Shown here piece by piece: positions 63,145-64,000 of a stretch of DNA of 64,000 nucleotides (positions are counted from its first letter, which is position 1; each line of letters starts with the position of its first letter). The notes under the pieces were generated by a model, which was not told the DNA's origin, did no database searches, and saw only the letters and a program-made list of their open reading frames with translations. The stretch is taken from positions 317,662 to 381,661 of the forward strand of contig CBDANC010000014.1 of the NCBI GenBank assembly GCA_965197425.1, in the 5' to 3' direction. Source of the stretch: Bdellovibrionales bacterium (GTDB taxonomy: Bacteria > Bdellovibrionota > Bdellovibrionia > Bdellovibrionales > JAUICD01). A program made the translations under genes and the position numbers.

Positions 63145-63858
63145 ATGATAGTAGCGTTTCTTTTGTCCATGGCAATAGCATCTGAAGTCAGAGTTGTTAG
63201 TTTTTCTCCTGCCGTGACTGAGACATTATTTGATTTGGAGTTAGGTGAATATATTGTGGGTACAAGCGATTATTCCAACTATCCTCCTGAAGCTAAAAAC
63301 ATTCCAAGTATAGGAGGCTATACACAGCCTAATATGGAAAAAGTGATAATGCTTCAGCCCGACTTTATCATTACAGAAGTACCTTACAGAGAAAAATTCT
63401 TTAAACGGGTAGGTATTGAAACCATTGTTTTAAAATCAGAAAAAATAACAGACTATAAAGAAAATATTTTGCTTTTGAAACAAAAATTTTCTAAAGCCAA
63501 TCAAACAAAAGTTTTAGAAGAGTGGGATCGAAATTTTACAAAACTAGCAACAGTAAAACCTGAGATGCCAGCCGTAATTCAGCTATCAGATAGCCCGGTA
63601 ATGGTGGCTGGAAGAGAAACTTTACTAGATAATATATTATCGATGTGTGGAGTGAAAAATCTATTTGAATATAAAGGTTACAAGATGGTATCGAGAGAAG
63701 TTTTGTGGTTTTTGAGTGGCAAAGGTACTCTAATTAATGTTTCCAAAAATCCCTCCAACAAACCTGAGGTTAAAAATATAAATCCTGATTTGCTTAGCAG
63801 ACTTACATTAAGAATGTCAGAGAATTTACATAAAATATGTTCAGAACTTTCGAATTAA
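63145..63858 (+). CDS. periplasmic binding protein, BtuF / iron-siderophore-cobalamin family
   Basis: RVVSFSPAVTETLFDLELGEYIVGTSDYSNYPPEAKNIPSIGGYTQPNMEKVIMLQPDFII resembles the BtuF N-lobe. The ATG directly follows the nagZ stop. Confidence 0.7.
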   Translation: MIVAFLLSMAIASEVRVVSFSPAVTETLFDLELGEYIVGTSDYSNYPPEAKNIPSIGGYTQPNMEKVIMLQPDFIITEVPYREKFFKRVGIETIVLKSEKITDYKENILLLKQKFSKANQTKVLEEWDRNFTKLATVKPEMPAVIQLSDSPVMVAGRETLLDNILSMCGVKNLFEYKGYKMVSREVLWFLSGKGTLINVSKNPSNKPEVKNINPDLLSRLTLRMSENLHKICSELSN

Positions 63859-64000
63859 AATTTTTAGTTATTTTACTAATAGGACTCTTGTGCCTTATTT
63901 TTGTCTCACTTAGTGTGGGGCCTAGTGGATTAAATTTATTTGACCTTATTAAATCCGATTCACCACAAAACAAAATCATATTTATTGATTTAAGATTTCC
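63837..64000 (+). CDS. FecCD/BtuC-family ABC permease (5' partial, runs off the window)
   Basis: My own translation gives MFRTFELKFLVILLIGLLCLIFVSLSVGPSGLNLFDLIKSDSPQNKIIFIDLRF, the typical N-terminus of FecCD permeases. Overlaps the end of the binding-protein gene. Confidence 0.6.
   Translation, partial: MFRTFELKFLVILLIGLLCLIFVSLSVGPSGLNLFDLIKSDSPQNKIIFIDLRF

Overview
AT-rich (about one-third GC by eye) chromosomal segment of a Gram-negative bacterium. I cannot assign the taxon. Many SCG/ACS-type lipoboxes, Tad and type IV pilin-like parts, and several eukaryote-like genes suggest a host-associated or predatory lifestyle, but that is inference. The housekeeping backbone is truA, a PhaR-like regulator, a CBS-type PLP enzyme, a nuo operon with only the seven membrane-arm subunits (nuoA-H-J-K-L-M-N), rplS, rnhB, yraN, glnS, lipA-E2-lpd-lipB, etfBA, tRNA-Cys, DppBC-like permeases, nagZ and BtuF/BtuC-like genes. 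Accessory material sits between these genes. (1) An 11-kb island between glnS and lipB holds two convergent giant surface-protein genes. One is a 1,915-aa ORF with a textbook type IV prepilin G|FTLIE segment, a ~1,100-aa cysteine-repeat array, a 426-bp near-perfect internal tandem duplication and a C16 homopolymer in its 5' end (candidate phase switch). The other is a 1,510-aa protein with five tandem modules and a reprolysin-type HEIGHVLGLSHD metzincin domain. (2) A mosaic family of hairpin-forming intergenic repeat modules occurs at 10 or more loci, often on or next to stop and start codons. (3) An orphan Avd-like four-helix-bundle gene lies between repeats and has an SD-sequestering hairpin. 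(4) A HigBA-like TA cassette is bracketed by 19-nt direct repeats. (5) There are tandem MepA-like (M74/LAS) lipoprotein paralogs, a three-lipoprotein operon, a secreted 700-aa ankyrin protein and a 997-aa membrane protein of unknown function. (6) A perfect 242-bp duplication copies the etfB 5' region next to diverged secreted paralogs. I saw no CRISPR array, rRNA, transposase or integrase. All similarity statements come from motif recognition by eye or memory, not from searches.
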